NCBI RefSeq assembly: GCF_006345805.1
Contig: NC_043006.1
Coordinates: 104,098,001-104,162,000 of the forward strand
Length of the DNA: 64,000 nt
Source: Octopus sinensis
Taxonomy: Eukaryota
Direction: 5' to 3'
The notes under the pieces were generated by a model. That model worked only from the letters and a program-made list of their open reading frames with translations. It ran no database searches and was not told the origin of the DNA. The translations under genes were made by a program, and so were the position numbers. How positions within the stretch are numbered: position 1 is the stretch's first letter; every line of letters begins with the position of its first letter. Shown one piece after another: positions 37,339-49,995 of this stretch.

Positions 37339-37752
37339 GGCGGCGAACTGGCAGAGAGGTTAGCACGCTGGGCGAAATGCTTTGCGGTATTTGGTCTGCT
37401 GCTACGTTCTGAGTTCAAATTCCGCAGAGGTCGACTTTGCCTTTCATCCTTTCGGGGTCGATTAAATAAGTACCAGTAACGCACTGGTGTCGATGTAATC
37501 GACTTAATCCGTTTGTCTGTCCTTGTTTGTCCTCTCTGTGTTTAGCCCCTTGTGGGTAGTAAACGAAATAGGTATTTCATCTGCCGTTACGTTCTGAGTT
37601 CAAATCCCGCCGAGGTCGACTTTGCCTTTTATCATTTCGGGGTCGATTAAATAAGTACCAGTTACGCACTGGGGTCGATATAATCGACCTAATCCGTCTG
37701 TCTGTCCTTGTTTGTCCCCTCTATGCTTAGCCGCTTGTGAACAATAAAGAAA
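37339..37752 (+). mobile_element. SINE type A dimer (Tx1-like tails) with one 20-bp TSD
   Basis: taagatagtgcttttgtggc at 37322-37341 and 37753-37772; the second unit starts at gtatttcatctg. Confidence 0.9.
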
Positions 37753-38444
37753 TAAGATAGTGCTTTTGTGGCTATTGAGTTGTCTTTACTATTACCTCTA
37801 GCAATACTGGTACTCATCAGTGTCCTTGTCCACTTTAGTGACTTATAGATTCCTGCCTTTAGGTTGTAAAATTGCGAATTAGCCACCCATATTATTTATA
37901 ATTTTCATTTTTACCGTTTATGAAATTAGCGTCTGATTTCAATTGAAATCTTATAAACTAACAAGGTGAGAGGAGTTCAAGCTTAGGTGCGATAAGGGCC
38001 ACTGATGGGCATTAAAGATGGGTCAGGTATCAAAGTACGAAATCATCGGTGATCTGGTTCTATTGGCGACCGTAGAGAGCTTATCACCCTTATCAGCTGA
38101 TTAAGATAGTGCTTTTGTGGCTACTAAGTCGTTTCGACTCTTATTTCTAGCAATACTAATACTGACTAGTGCCTTTGTTCATTTTAATATATATTTCTGC
38201 TTTTAGGTTGTAAGGTTGCGAATTATAATATAATATAATATAATATAATATAATATAATATAATATAATATAATATATACATATTTATATGTTGTGTGTG
38301 TGTGTATGTATATTAATATATATATATGTGTGTGTGGTGTTGTGTATGTATATATATATATATATATATGGTTGTGGTGTGTGTTTGTGTGTATGTATAT
38401 AATATATATGTGTGTGTGTGTGTGTGTATGTATGTATATATATA

Positions 38445-38487
<43 letters not shown>

Positions 38488-38519
38488 CTGTGTGTGTGTG
38501 TGTGTGCGTATGTCTGTGT

Positions 38520-38551
<32 letters not shown>

Positions 38552-39362
38552 GGCAGAGAGAGTGTGAATGTGGTTACTTGTATATATACAGAGATAGAGA
38601 ATACTATAAAAATGAATTGACAGATAGGTAGGTAAAGAAATAGACGGGGTGTTCTTCCTTCATAAAATAACACTTTTTTTCAAAATAAGGTCAAGGTCGC
38701 ACCTTTTGCGGCATGGCTGTAGTTGTTGATTTCTCTCGGCATCTACCCACCTCCTCTCCAGGATTGAAAACAAAATTCACAATTACGAGGGCTAGAAATA
38801 ACACGTAAAAGGAACATAATGTAAGATTGCAAGATATAAATCCGTCGTTTCATAAAGTTTACCTTTCACCGCCCTAATGTCTGGTGCCACTATTTTAAAT
38901 CTAATCACATAATTGTCTCACAGCATCATCATCAACATCAACATCATCAACATCAAAAACAACAGCAACAACAACAACAACAACAACAACAACAGCTGCA
39001 GTAGCAAAAACAACTACAACAAGTACAACTGTTTCCGATATTGGAAGAGAGAACCAGAAAAAGTATCTGTTTTATTTTTACAGATATGTCGATCCAATAG
39101 TATTGGCTTGAATGAATGATAAAGAGTTCAATAGAAAAGAAAGCGAAGCAACAGAAATATAAACCGATATAGGAGATTTTTAGTTGAACCAACGTTTAAA
39201 AATAAACAAGATATCAGCCGCTTCATCGACTCACACAGTTGACCTGAATCGATGAGTAAAAATAACGATGTCAGTATTTACAGAGAATTGAGTGAATTTG
39301 AATCAAGCGTGAAATACGAACAGGTTTAGGGTGAAAGCTATGATAATAATAATAACAACAAC

Positions 39363-39406
<44 letters not shown>

Positions 39407-39417
39407 TGATGATGATG

Positions 39418-39450
<33 letters not shown>

Positions 39451-39493
39451 TAATAATAATAATAATAATAATAACACTAATAACAATAATAAC

Positions 39494-39531
<38 letters not shown>

Positions 39532-39551
39532 TAATAATAAAAATAACAATA

Positions 39552-39884
39552 AACCAAAACAATACCTGTTGTCATAGGTGCCCTGGGAATGACAGCAAAA
39601 GGGGCTGTTTGCTACCTAACTCAGATACCAGGAAACCACAAAATGGCAGAAATTCATGGGAACTGCTCATATCCTACGCAATATACTTTCTATGTGATCT
39701 CAAGTTTTAAAACAAACATGATTTTCGTATGTTTTTTTAGGCATTCGCTAGTACAACACTAAATACAAAAGTCAAATATATGGCACACTAGGTTGATGAA
39801 CTTCATGAACTTCCAGCTTGTTGTCTCTTGGGGTCTCTGGCTGAGACTTGGAGCCAGCTTGTACAAATGTAAAGCAAAAGTCAA

Positions 39885-39890
<6 letters not shown>
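39552..39890 (+). mobile_element. R4/Dong LINE 3' end inside (TAA)n; same family as 12352-12792
   Basis: TKTIPVVIGALGMTAKGAVCYLTQIPGN; 3' UTR matches the reverse complement of 12352-12545; (taa)n on both sides. Confidence 0.88.
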
Positions 39891-39972
<82 letters not shown>

Positions 39973-39974
39973 TA

Positions 39975-40110
39975 TGAGCAAAAACGTCGAAGCTATACCT
40001 GGATCCTCAACACTACACACTATCCAAAAAATAGCCCTGCTAGGAACAGCCCACATCCTACGCACGACACTTTCAGTTCAATAATACAACCTAAGCAAAA
40101 TAACCCACAA
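39975..40110 (+). mobile_element. 3' fragment of a second Dong-like family following (TAA)n
   Basis: IPGSSTLHTIQKIALLGTAHILRTTLSVQ* matches the RLE C-terminal QK..LLGTA.ILR motif. Confidence 0.75.
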
Positions 40111-40416
40111 GTACAAGACATTCTATACAGCAACTGTTCAATAAAATAAACTTCCACCAGCAAGCAAATTAACCAAAGAATTTAACACAAAATACAAGCA
40201 GTAATACAACAAAAGACTGCACCACACCTCAAGAAAGAGAACACAGTAGCACAATACAATATTGGGAAGAGGTTGTGCACGCCCTACAGCAGAAAAGAAT
40301 ACACAATGCTGCACCCTCCCAGTTACACGGGGGTGTAGCAGGTGATGCAGTAGAAATTTGCCTCAAACTAGCAAATGTTGAACAATAATAATCATAATAA
40401 TAATTATTTCTACTAT

Positions 40417-40803
40417 AGACGTAGGAGTGGCTGTGTGGTAAGTAGCTTGCTTACCAACCACATTGTTCGGGGTTCAGTCCCACTGCGTGGCACCTTGGTC
40501 ATGTGTCTTCTACTATAGCCTCGGGCCGACCAAAGCCTTGTGAGTGGATTTGGTAGACGGAAACTGAAAGAAGCCTGTCGTATATATGTATGTGTGGTGT
40601 GTGTGTGTGTTTGTGTGTCTGTGTTTCTCCCCGCAAAATCGCTTGACAACCGATGCTGGTAACTTAGCGGTTCGGCAAATGAGACCGATAGAATAAGTAC
40701 TAGGCTTACAAAGACTAAGTCTTGGGGTCGATTTGCTCGACTAAAGGCAGTGTTCCATCATGGCCACAGTCAAATGACTGAAACAAGTAGAAGAGTAAAG
40801 AGT
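40417..40803 (+). mobile_element. SINE type B
   Basis: Full copy, small internal deletion. Confidence 0.92.
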
Positions 40804-41447
40804 ATCGATACAGGGCCTGAAATCCCAGTGCTCAATTGGTACTTATTTCATGAGCCCCGAATGGGATGAAAGGTAAAGTCGAACTCGGTGGAATTTGAAG
40901 TCAGAACGTAAAGGCAGGCAAAATATACTTTTCTACTCCAGGTACAAAGCCCGAAATGTTGGGGGAGGGGGGCCAGTCGATTAGATCAACCTCAGTACGC
41001 AACTGGTACTTAATTTATCGAAGCCGAAATGATGAAAGTCAAAGTCGGCCTCGGCAGAAAGGACGGGCACAATATCGTTAAGCATCTTACCCAGCAAGCA
41101 AACGATTCTGCCAACCCGCTGCTTCTAAACCACCGACCCTCTGCTTCATGCCCAGCATTAATATCCGAATTCCAGAGAATTAGTGAATTATAAAATCAGA
41201 GAAATCGTTAGAGATCGAAGGTCAATAGGTTAGGAAGACATCCTACACTTGGCTTTATTGTATTGGCAGGATTATTGACAACAAATTTACAGCAGCAACA
41301 ACAATAACAATAATGACCAATCAATGTCATTTTATGATATCGATGAAGTAATATTGAGTCAAGCGAAGACTATGATAAATGGAGCAAACTGGATTTAAGA
41401 TTTCATGTAAAGACTTCTTTTATGATGCCGTCTTTAAGGCAAATATT

Positions 41448-42018
41448 CATTTCTACTCTGGGAACAAGGCTCGGAATTTTGGGGGATGGGACCAGTCGAT
41501 TAGATCGACCGCAGTACTTCATTTATCGACCCCAAATGATGAAAGGCAAAGTCGACCTCAGCGGAATTTGAACTGAGAACGTAAAGACAGACAAAATACC
41601 TATTTCTTTACTACCCACAGAGGACAAATAAGGACAGACAAACGGATTAAGTCGATTATATCGACCCCAGTGTGTAACTAGTATTTATTTAATTGACCCC
41701 GAAAGGATGAAAGGCAAATCGACCTCGGCGGAATTTGAACTCAGAACGTAGCGGTAGACGAAATACTGCTAAGCATTTCGCTCGGTGTGCTAACGTTTCT
41801 TATTTCTTTATTGCCCACAAGTGGCTAAACATAGAGGGGACAAACAAGGACAGACAAAGGGATTAAGTCGAATACAATGACCCCAGTGCGTAACTGGTAC
41901 TTAATTTATCGACCCCGAAAGTCGACCTTGGTGGAATTTGAACTCAGAACGTAGCGGCAGACGAAATACCGCAAAGCATTTCGCCCGGCCTGCTAACGTT
42001 TCTGCCAGCTCGCCACCT
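41448..42018 (-). mobile_element. SINE type A hetero-trimer with one 17-bp TSD
   Basis: tctttaaggcaaatatt (41431-41447) / tctttatggcaaatatt (42019-42035); two units with Tx1-like tails, last unit with tail type 2. Confidence 0.85.
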
Positions 42019-43423
42019 TCTTTATGGCAAATATTATCAAAGATTTAGCTTTATATACTTTTGCTCAATTCCAAATTTAATGAAGTTCGCTTCAATTCAT
42101 TCTGATGGTAGAATCGTTAGGGGCATAGGAATAGGACAATTTCTCTGACCCATTGCATGCATTCATCCTCTCTCGAAGTCTCAAGTAATCCTAGTCACTG
42201 TCTTCAATCATCGCCAATGAACGAATATAACTTTCAGGTCCCTTTCTCTTGATTTCCTTTTCTTTCTTTCCCTCTATTTTCCTTTCTGTCATTCTTTTTG
42301 TCCTTTTATCCATTTTTATAGATTTATATGTTTATTGGGATGCTTATTATTTTTTTTTATAATTCCTAGGACAACGTTAAACTCGACAGATGGACTAGAT
42401 TGTCATTTGAAAATTTTCCGTTTGCTGACTGTCTGCGCGCTCTGAGTTCAGATGCCACAGTGTGCCTCCTTGCTTTCGTCATGCTCAGAGGCAAGAGCTA
42501 AAGCACAGGTTGAAGACGGTGGATTAACGAACATATCAGAGCATATATTCTGATTATTTGAGTTGTGAATTCAAATTCCGCCGAGATTTAACTCTCACTC
42601 ATAGCTAGGGTTAACGACTTGATCAAGAAACAACAGTCGATTACGAAATCTAGAATGGATGGAAACATGTTGTGGCTGCCTTCTGTTGGAATCCAGCGCT
42701 GACATTATCGTCGACAGGATAAAGTTATTTCCCATGGGAATAGATTTGGTAGACAGAAGCTGAAAACACCGTGCAGTGTGTGGGTGAGTGTGAATGTGCA
42801 TGTGTCTGTGTATAGGTGGGTATGAATGTGTATGTGTCTGTGTGTGGGTGTGTTTGTCTCTGTGGCTGTGTTTGTCCCTACCACCACTTGACAATCGGTG
42901 TGGGTGTGTTTACGTCCCCATAACTTAGCGTTTTGGCAAAAGTAACCGATAGAATAAGTATCGGGCTTATGAAACAAAAGTCACTGGGGTCGACTAAACT
43001 TTCTTCAAGATGTGCCGTAGTCAAATGCCTGAAGCAAGTAAAAAATGAAAGATTAAAGATTAAAAAGAGAGTAGCTGTCAAAGTCATCGGTATTTGATAA
43101 GGAATGTGAAGCTATGTGACTGATTATTTTAACATTTTATTTTGACTTACGTGTGAGAATGATATTGCTTTGAATTATTCTGTAAGACTACCCAGGAATC
43201 TGACATGGTACATAGAGGTGGGTCGTGTATTTTATATCTAGATATAGTTTGCCTGAAACCAATATTTCGATAACTAGAAATAAAGTAAACAATTTGCGAC
43301 AAATTCTTTAGAATTCTTATGGTAAAAATGTAGGATTTCGTGTACGGTGTACGTTTGTGAGATATGCTTGTTGACACACGGTAAGAAAATAAATTGCAAG
43401 GAAAATAAAATCAAAGAAATAAA

Positions 43424-43454
<31 letters not shown>

Positions 43455-43755
43455 CTATATATAATATATCTAATATATTATATATATATATATTATTGGC
43501 TAGTTGGAGGGAAATTTGAGAAGAATAACAGGCAATGATACGAAGCTTGATCTGCGCTTGACACTATAAACAAAGAAACAGATTCTCAAAGGAACACACT
43601 AAATCCTTGCACTAGTCATCAAAAAGAACGCAAGAGGTGCAGAGACGTTTAGGGCCCCAGACTTACAGACAGACAGACACACACACACATATGTATGTAT
43701 AAGTATAAATATATATATATGTATGTATTTATTTTATACATACATACATATATAT

Positions 43756-43794
<39 letters not shown>

Positions 43795-43940
43795 GAAATA
43801 GAAAGATGAATAATCTTGTAGTGTAGATTAATCAAAAGTTTAACCGATACCTTAGTAGCAAATATCACAGCAGTAAACAGCACGGTTGGAGGTACAACCA
43901 TCTGGCGTTGCAACCGTGCGTTGGTGCGGATAATTGAAAT

Positions 43941-44105
43941 TAAAACATTATGGTGAATTGAAGAAATGGAGCTGAACGCAGATTGAACAGAAATCGTTTT
44001 ATTTCATTCTACACGTGTTTCGAAACACGGTAGAATAATGAAATAAAACGATTTCTGTTCAATCTGCGTTCAGCTCCATTTCTTCAATTCACCAATAATG
44101 TTTTA
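43941..44105. mobile_element. 165-bp near-perfect palindrome with a gtgtttcgaaacac apex
   Basis: taaaacattatggtgaattgaagaaatggagctgaacgcagattgaacagaaatcgttttatttca... and its reverse complement. Confidence 0.92.
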
Positions 44106-44116
44106 TATATATATAA

Positions 44117-44164
<48 letters not shown>

Positions 44165-44517
44165 ATAAAATAAAATACAAATGGGACAAGAACTCAAAAC
44201 ATCCGGACAACTAGGTGATACAAAAACAGGAGAACAAAACATCCAGATAAACGATACAAAAAAAAACACAACACGGATGGGTCATTCGAAGCCTTTTATC
44301 GTCAGTCAAGAACCGGATCATCCTCGCAATTTCGGCTGATTAATCTTGAGATTGCTCCAATCTGGCCAGCCCAGCCCCAAGAAAAAAAAAGCTAAGAGCA
44401 TTAGATTCCTTGGAAGAAAAAAAACAACGGATGTATATGAAACAAAGACGAAAAAACAGACGATGTTACACGAATATAAATACAAAATAAAATAAAACAA
44501 ACAATAATATATATATA

Positions 44518-44729
44518 CGAGGGGGTATTGAAACGTTACTAGCTTTAAGGATATCGTGAAAGGCCTGGGTGAAGCCCCTTCCCCCCCCCCGAGTTCTTCT
44601 ACAGTGCTTAGAAAAACTGAAGGACCGCTGCAATAAGTGTGTGAATCTGAAAGGGAAAAGTGTTGAATAAACTCATAATTGACTGATCCTCATTTTCTTT
44701 TACCCCAAACCAGCATCTTTCTAGCACCC
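44518..44729. mobile_element. mariner-type MITE (family shared with 56200-56403)
   Basis: TA|cgagggggtattgaaacg ... atctttctagcaccc; interior is the reverse complement of the 56200 copy. Confidence 0.75.
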
Positions 44730-44740
44730 ATATATATATA

Positions 44741-44776
<36 letters not shown>

Positions 44777-44777
<1 letters not shown>

Positions 44778-44975
44778 CGGGAAGCTTTATGAAAATAAAC
44801 AAAAGACGAAGGCAGGTGGGAAACAAACAAACAATTGTATTAGTATGGCGCTCAGGAATATAAATAAAACAAGTCTTTTACGTTTCGAGCCTACGCTCTT
44901 CAACAGAAAGATACACAGAGAAGAAACACAGAAAGAAGGAGAGAAAAAAATGCGTGCAGAGGCTAGCGAATCAAC
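44777..44975 (-). mobile_element. Penelope-like terminus with hammerhead-like motif (copy 4)
   Basis: Reverse complement of 44874-44911 reads tcttt CTGTTGA A GAGC GTAG GCTC GAAAC GTA AAAGA. Confidence 0.65.
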
Positions 44976-45661
44976 ATATATATAAACGTTATGCACTTGG
45001 CCTTGATTCAGCTCCTTTGAAAGTTGCAGAGTGAAGGGTTACGTATATATTTATATATTTATATATATATTTATATATATATTTATATATATATAAGGGT
45101 TACGTATATATTTATATATTTATATAACGAACAAACATTTTGAAAAAAATATTTTTTTTAAACTATAAAAGGGTATATGGGAAAATATGCCCGTTCATGC
45201 ATTTTTGACAGAAAAAAAAAAACTTCAAGTGGTCCTGGCTGTAAAGCCATTAGTCTTAGATTCATTTGATCGTCGCTGTCAAATTAAATAGCACCAACAC
45301 AATCTTCTGCTTACCGAATCGAAAGAAACCAATAAAATTGTATCACACCCAATGAATAAAACGGAAATGCGTTGCGGTTTTCGTTTCAGATTGAGCCTAC
45401 AAGAGTTATGCTGAATTCCCAAAGGTGTATTATTTATATCGAGTAAACAATGGACACTAGAAATATTTTGCACAAGTTCAGTGTGACATTTGGGAATCCC
45501 ACTTAACAAGGTAATGATGATACATATATGTGTGTGTTTGTATATATATATATATATATATACATATACAAATATATATATAGATGTATATATCTATCTA
45601 TCTATATATAAATATATATGTATATATATATATATATGTATATCTATCTATCTATCTATCA

Positions 45662-45712
<51 letters not shown>

Positions 45713-45852
45713 GAATATATATATTAATAATATATAATATATATATACACATGCATACTTACGAACAGACACACAAATGTACATACCTATTTATATATTA
45801 ACATATACGTGTGTGCGCGCGTGTATATATATGTGTGTGTGTGTACACATAC

Positions 45853-45909
<57 letters not shown>

Positions 45910-46008
45910 TGTGTGTGTGTGCAAATAAAGGGGCAACTGCTTGCTGTTGCGTTCAGAGATCCAGGTAAATTATCAAATACATAATACATACACACACATA
46001 TATATGTA

Positions 46009-46085
<77 letters not shown>

Positions 46086-46539
46086 GTATGTATGATGTAT
46101 GTATATATATATATTAATATATATATATATACATATCTATACATACAACACGCGCGCGCACACACATTCACTCTCTCTTACACACAACACAAATATACGA
46201 AGATATTTAGCAAATTGAGAATTGATATGATTACCACGTTGGGCAGCTATGGAACAGTCTTCCTCAAGGGAGGACTGCGAAATATCAAATTTTAGAACAT
46301 AACTCTGAAACAAAAAATTCCACTAACAGCCACAGTATTGGAATATGTGACCATATTATTTTTAATCAGACCATTTTGGCAGAAAACAATATTTCCAACC
46401 CAAAAATGCTATCGCGATAAAATTCTCTAATGGGTGTGAAAGTTCATATAAAGATATTCGAAGAGTCGTATAACAAGCATGCATAAATGTTAGTTTGTAG
46501 AGAAAGCGGAAGGGAGAGAGTGAGAGTGAGAGAGCGATA

Positions 46540-46572
<33 letters not shown>

Positions 46573-46999
46573 CGAGAGAGTGTGTGTGTGTGTGCGTGTG
46601 TGTGTGTGCAAGTGTGTGTGTCTACGTATATATATAGATATACATGTAATGCGAGCACGTAGGTATTTACAGTTTTTGCTTTTGCAGGTTGCGAAACACA
46701 CACACACACACACACACATACATGCATACATACATACACGTGTGCACGCTTACACACACACACACATACAGACACGTACACATGCGCACGCACGCGCATA
46801 CACACACACGCATATGTAGACATACAATTTATTCAAACTGGTGATATATTTAAGCAAACATACATGTTTGCAATAATGTGACGGATGCTATAGTAAATAT
46901 AGAATTTGCAAGAAACCAAGAACTTATATTGATCTTGATTACACACGGGAGGGAATGCGCTAATTTGGACACACTCGCGCGCACACACACACGCAGAGC

Positions 47000-47012
47000 C
47001 ATATGTATAATA

Positions 47013-47076
<64 letters not shown>

Positions 47077-47109
47077 ATATATATAATATATATTATATAT
47101 ATATTATAT

Positions 47110-47153
<44 letters not shown>

Positions 47154-47154
47154 T

Positions 47155-47221
<67 letters not shown>

Positions 47222-47236
47222 TATATATATATATAG

Positions 47237-47274
<38 letters not shown>

Positions 47275-47302
47275 TATATTATATATATATTATATTTATA
47301 TA

Positions 47303-47370
<68 letters not shown>

Positions 47371-47414
47371 TATATATATATATATATTTATTATAATATA
47401 TATATATATATATA

Positions 47415-47461
<47 letters not shown>

Positions 47462-47661
47462 AATATATATATATATTTGAAAACCCACTAGAATGGAGCA
47501 AGCGCTAATCCGAATGATATGATATATATGTAAAAAATGTAATATATAAATAAATATCTACAAATATGAACCATCTGATCTGATTACCTCAATTTTTTAA
47601 TATATATATATATATATATATTTAATATATATATATATTTATATATATATATAATATATTA

Positions 47662-47716
<55 letters not shown>

Positions 47717-47740
47717 CATATGTATATTTATATATAAATA
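47000..47740. repeat. Long interrupted (AT)n tract
   Basis: Direct reading; similar tracts at 6750-6880, 9080-9415, 19640-19700 and 20190-20520. Confidence 0.95.
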
Positions 47741-47967
47741 AGGCGGCGAGCTGGCGGTAATCTATGCACGCCGGGCGAAATGCGTAGCCGTATTTCGTCT
47801 GCCGTTACGTTCTGTGTTCAGATTCCGCCGTGGTTGACTTTGCCTTCCATCCTTTCGGGGCCGATAAATTAAGTACCAGTTACGCACTGGGGTCGATGTA
47901 ATCGACTTAATCCCTTTGTCTGACCTTGTTTGTCCCTTCTGTGTTTAGCCCCTTGTGGCTAATAAAG

Positions 47968-47971
<4 letters not shown>
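47741..47971 (+). mobile_element. SINE type A monomer with Tx1-like tail
   Basis: aggcggcgagctggc...tttgtctgaccttgtttgtcccttctgtgtttagccccttgtggctaataaagaaata. Confidence 0.9.
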
Positions 47972-48003
<32 letters not shown>

Positions 48004-48576
48004 CAGAAAAAATACATCAGTTTACAAACGCATACACACACGCACATGCCTATATTCTGAAAAATACTTTTACAAACCGTTTAATCAGAAAGCACATACA
48101 TATATATATGCCACATACATCATCACACAAACATTTATCCATCTAAGACGCAGGAGTGGCTGTGTGGTAAGTAGCTTTGCTAACCTCACTGACAGAAGAG
48201 TGACTTTGCTTACCGTACTACGGTTTCGACGCGTTTTCTTCCCGGTAAGAGTTTTGCTGTGTTGTTAATTGTTGAATTCCTACTACTGAAAAATTTGCCT
48301 TTAAACGTTGCTGAACTGTCTTGTTCTCCGGTTTTTACCGGGAAATAATTGAATAATTTCTTACCGTTGAACTGTTAGCCACTGTGGCTTTTTATTTACG
48401 TGACTATACATAGCCCTGCCAGACTATTTTCGTGCCCCTCCCCCGAATGGGGGTGGGAATTGGAATTTTTGAACTGCTTTTTTGAACTACTTTGGAAGAA
48501 AAACTTTCTATAGGTTTCCCAGTTTTGTGGGAAACCAATACTCGTAATTTTTGTGTTGTCTAATTTCAACAGAATA

Positions 48577-49978
48577 ATGCCTGTTGAAATTATTCACGAA
48601 AGTAGTGCTCTTGAGGAGAGCAATGTTAAAAAATTTTCTGAGGTAGCCGCAGTGGCTACCGAGAAAATTGACATCGATGTCAACCAGCTCGTCGAGCTAT
48701 TTAAAAGAATGCAAGAGGAGGGTGGTGATGTTAAAATATCACCCTCCGCCAGTATCGTGGAACCGAGAAGCGGACCGTAGTGTTTAAAACTTTCTGTCCA
48801 CAAAGCAGAAGGTTCAAACACTTGAAAAAAGCACCATCGAGAAATGCCTGTCCCCGATTTGGAAGGACATCGTGTACGTCGCCAGGGGACGGGCATATGG
48901 CACTGTGGATGTCCGCTTCTCGGGGGAAGAAATGGCCCGCGGGCATTCTGTGAACCCCCTAAAAACCAAGGAGGTGGTACTTTTCCCAAGCTATAGGGGA
49001 CGCAGGACGTCCCGGGTCAGGATTGTAGAAGCCCCGCCGGAAGTAGATCCGGTAGAGGTAGTGGCCGCCCTGTTATATAAAAGGGCGGACAAAATAAAAA
49101 TACTAGAAGTAACATGCTCTACCCCTCGATTTTGGCTCGGGCGTAACATTAATATATTAATTCAAGGAACAGCGGAGGACCTGCAGCTCCTTCCTGAGAG
49201 GGTGCTCGTGGGCGAGAACGTAGCCCTCAGGGTACAGGTCGAAGGCCGAAAACCCACCTGTTACGCCTGCGGCAAAAAGGGCCACATTCGTGTAGACTGT
49301 CCAGACAAGCAAAAGAAACCGCAGACACCAGGCCCCTCAGATAATAAAAAAGTTCCTACCCTTGCAAACACACCTACCCCTACAAAAACAAAAAATCCCA
49401 CTCCCGCTGTTACGGTGCCAACCCCAAAACAGACTGAAGAAAAAACCCAGCCCTCGCACTCACAAACCCCTACACTATTAAAATCTCCCACCCCACTAAA
49501 AACTGCGGCGCCTACCGAACAAACCATTGCCACCCCAGACGATACCATGGAGGTATCAGAGGGGGGACTTACACCAGTTCGTAAAAGAATTCGTGCAGCA
49601 TCCCCGTCCACATCCCCTACAAAAAATAATAAAAACAAAGACACACCACAGACACAGAAAAAAAAATCCCGCTCAACAGGCCCAGAAAAAGAAGACAAAA
49701 AAGAAAATGAACTCATATTAATTGAATTCGACACACAAGACAAATACATAAATGATATTGTGGTTCAGCATCAGTCAGCAAGACTGTACAACAAATACAA
49801 ACATCGAAATAGACACGCGTGGATTGCGGAAACAACGTTCAAACAATTAAAAGACAGACACCCAAACGCCATCCGGCATATCGCGAACTTGCCGGACTAT
49901 CTGAAGAAAGAGGAGAAAGAAGGGGCCCACAAATGTGTGGTGAGATCGGCCCCCACCTCTCCAACGAAATGTAAGTAG
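48577..49978 (+). pseudogene. Tx1 ORF1 (gag-like, one CCHC knuckle, Pro/Thr/Lys-rich C-terminus), disrupted near the 5' end
   Basis: ATG at 48577 (frame 1, stop at 48780) continues in frame 2 as ORF 48872-49978 with CYACGKKGHIRVDC. Confidence 0.85.
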
Positions 49979-49995
49979 AACTTTTACTTTTTGTA

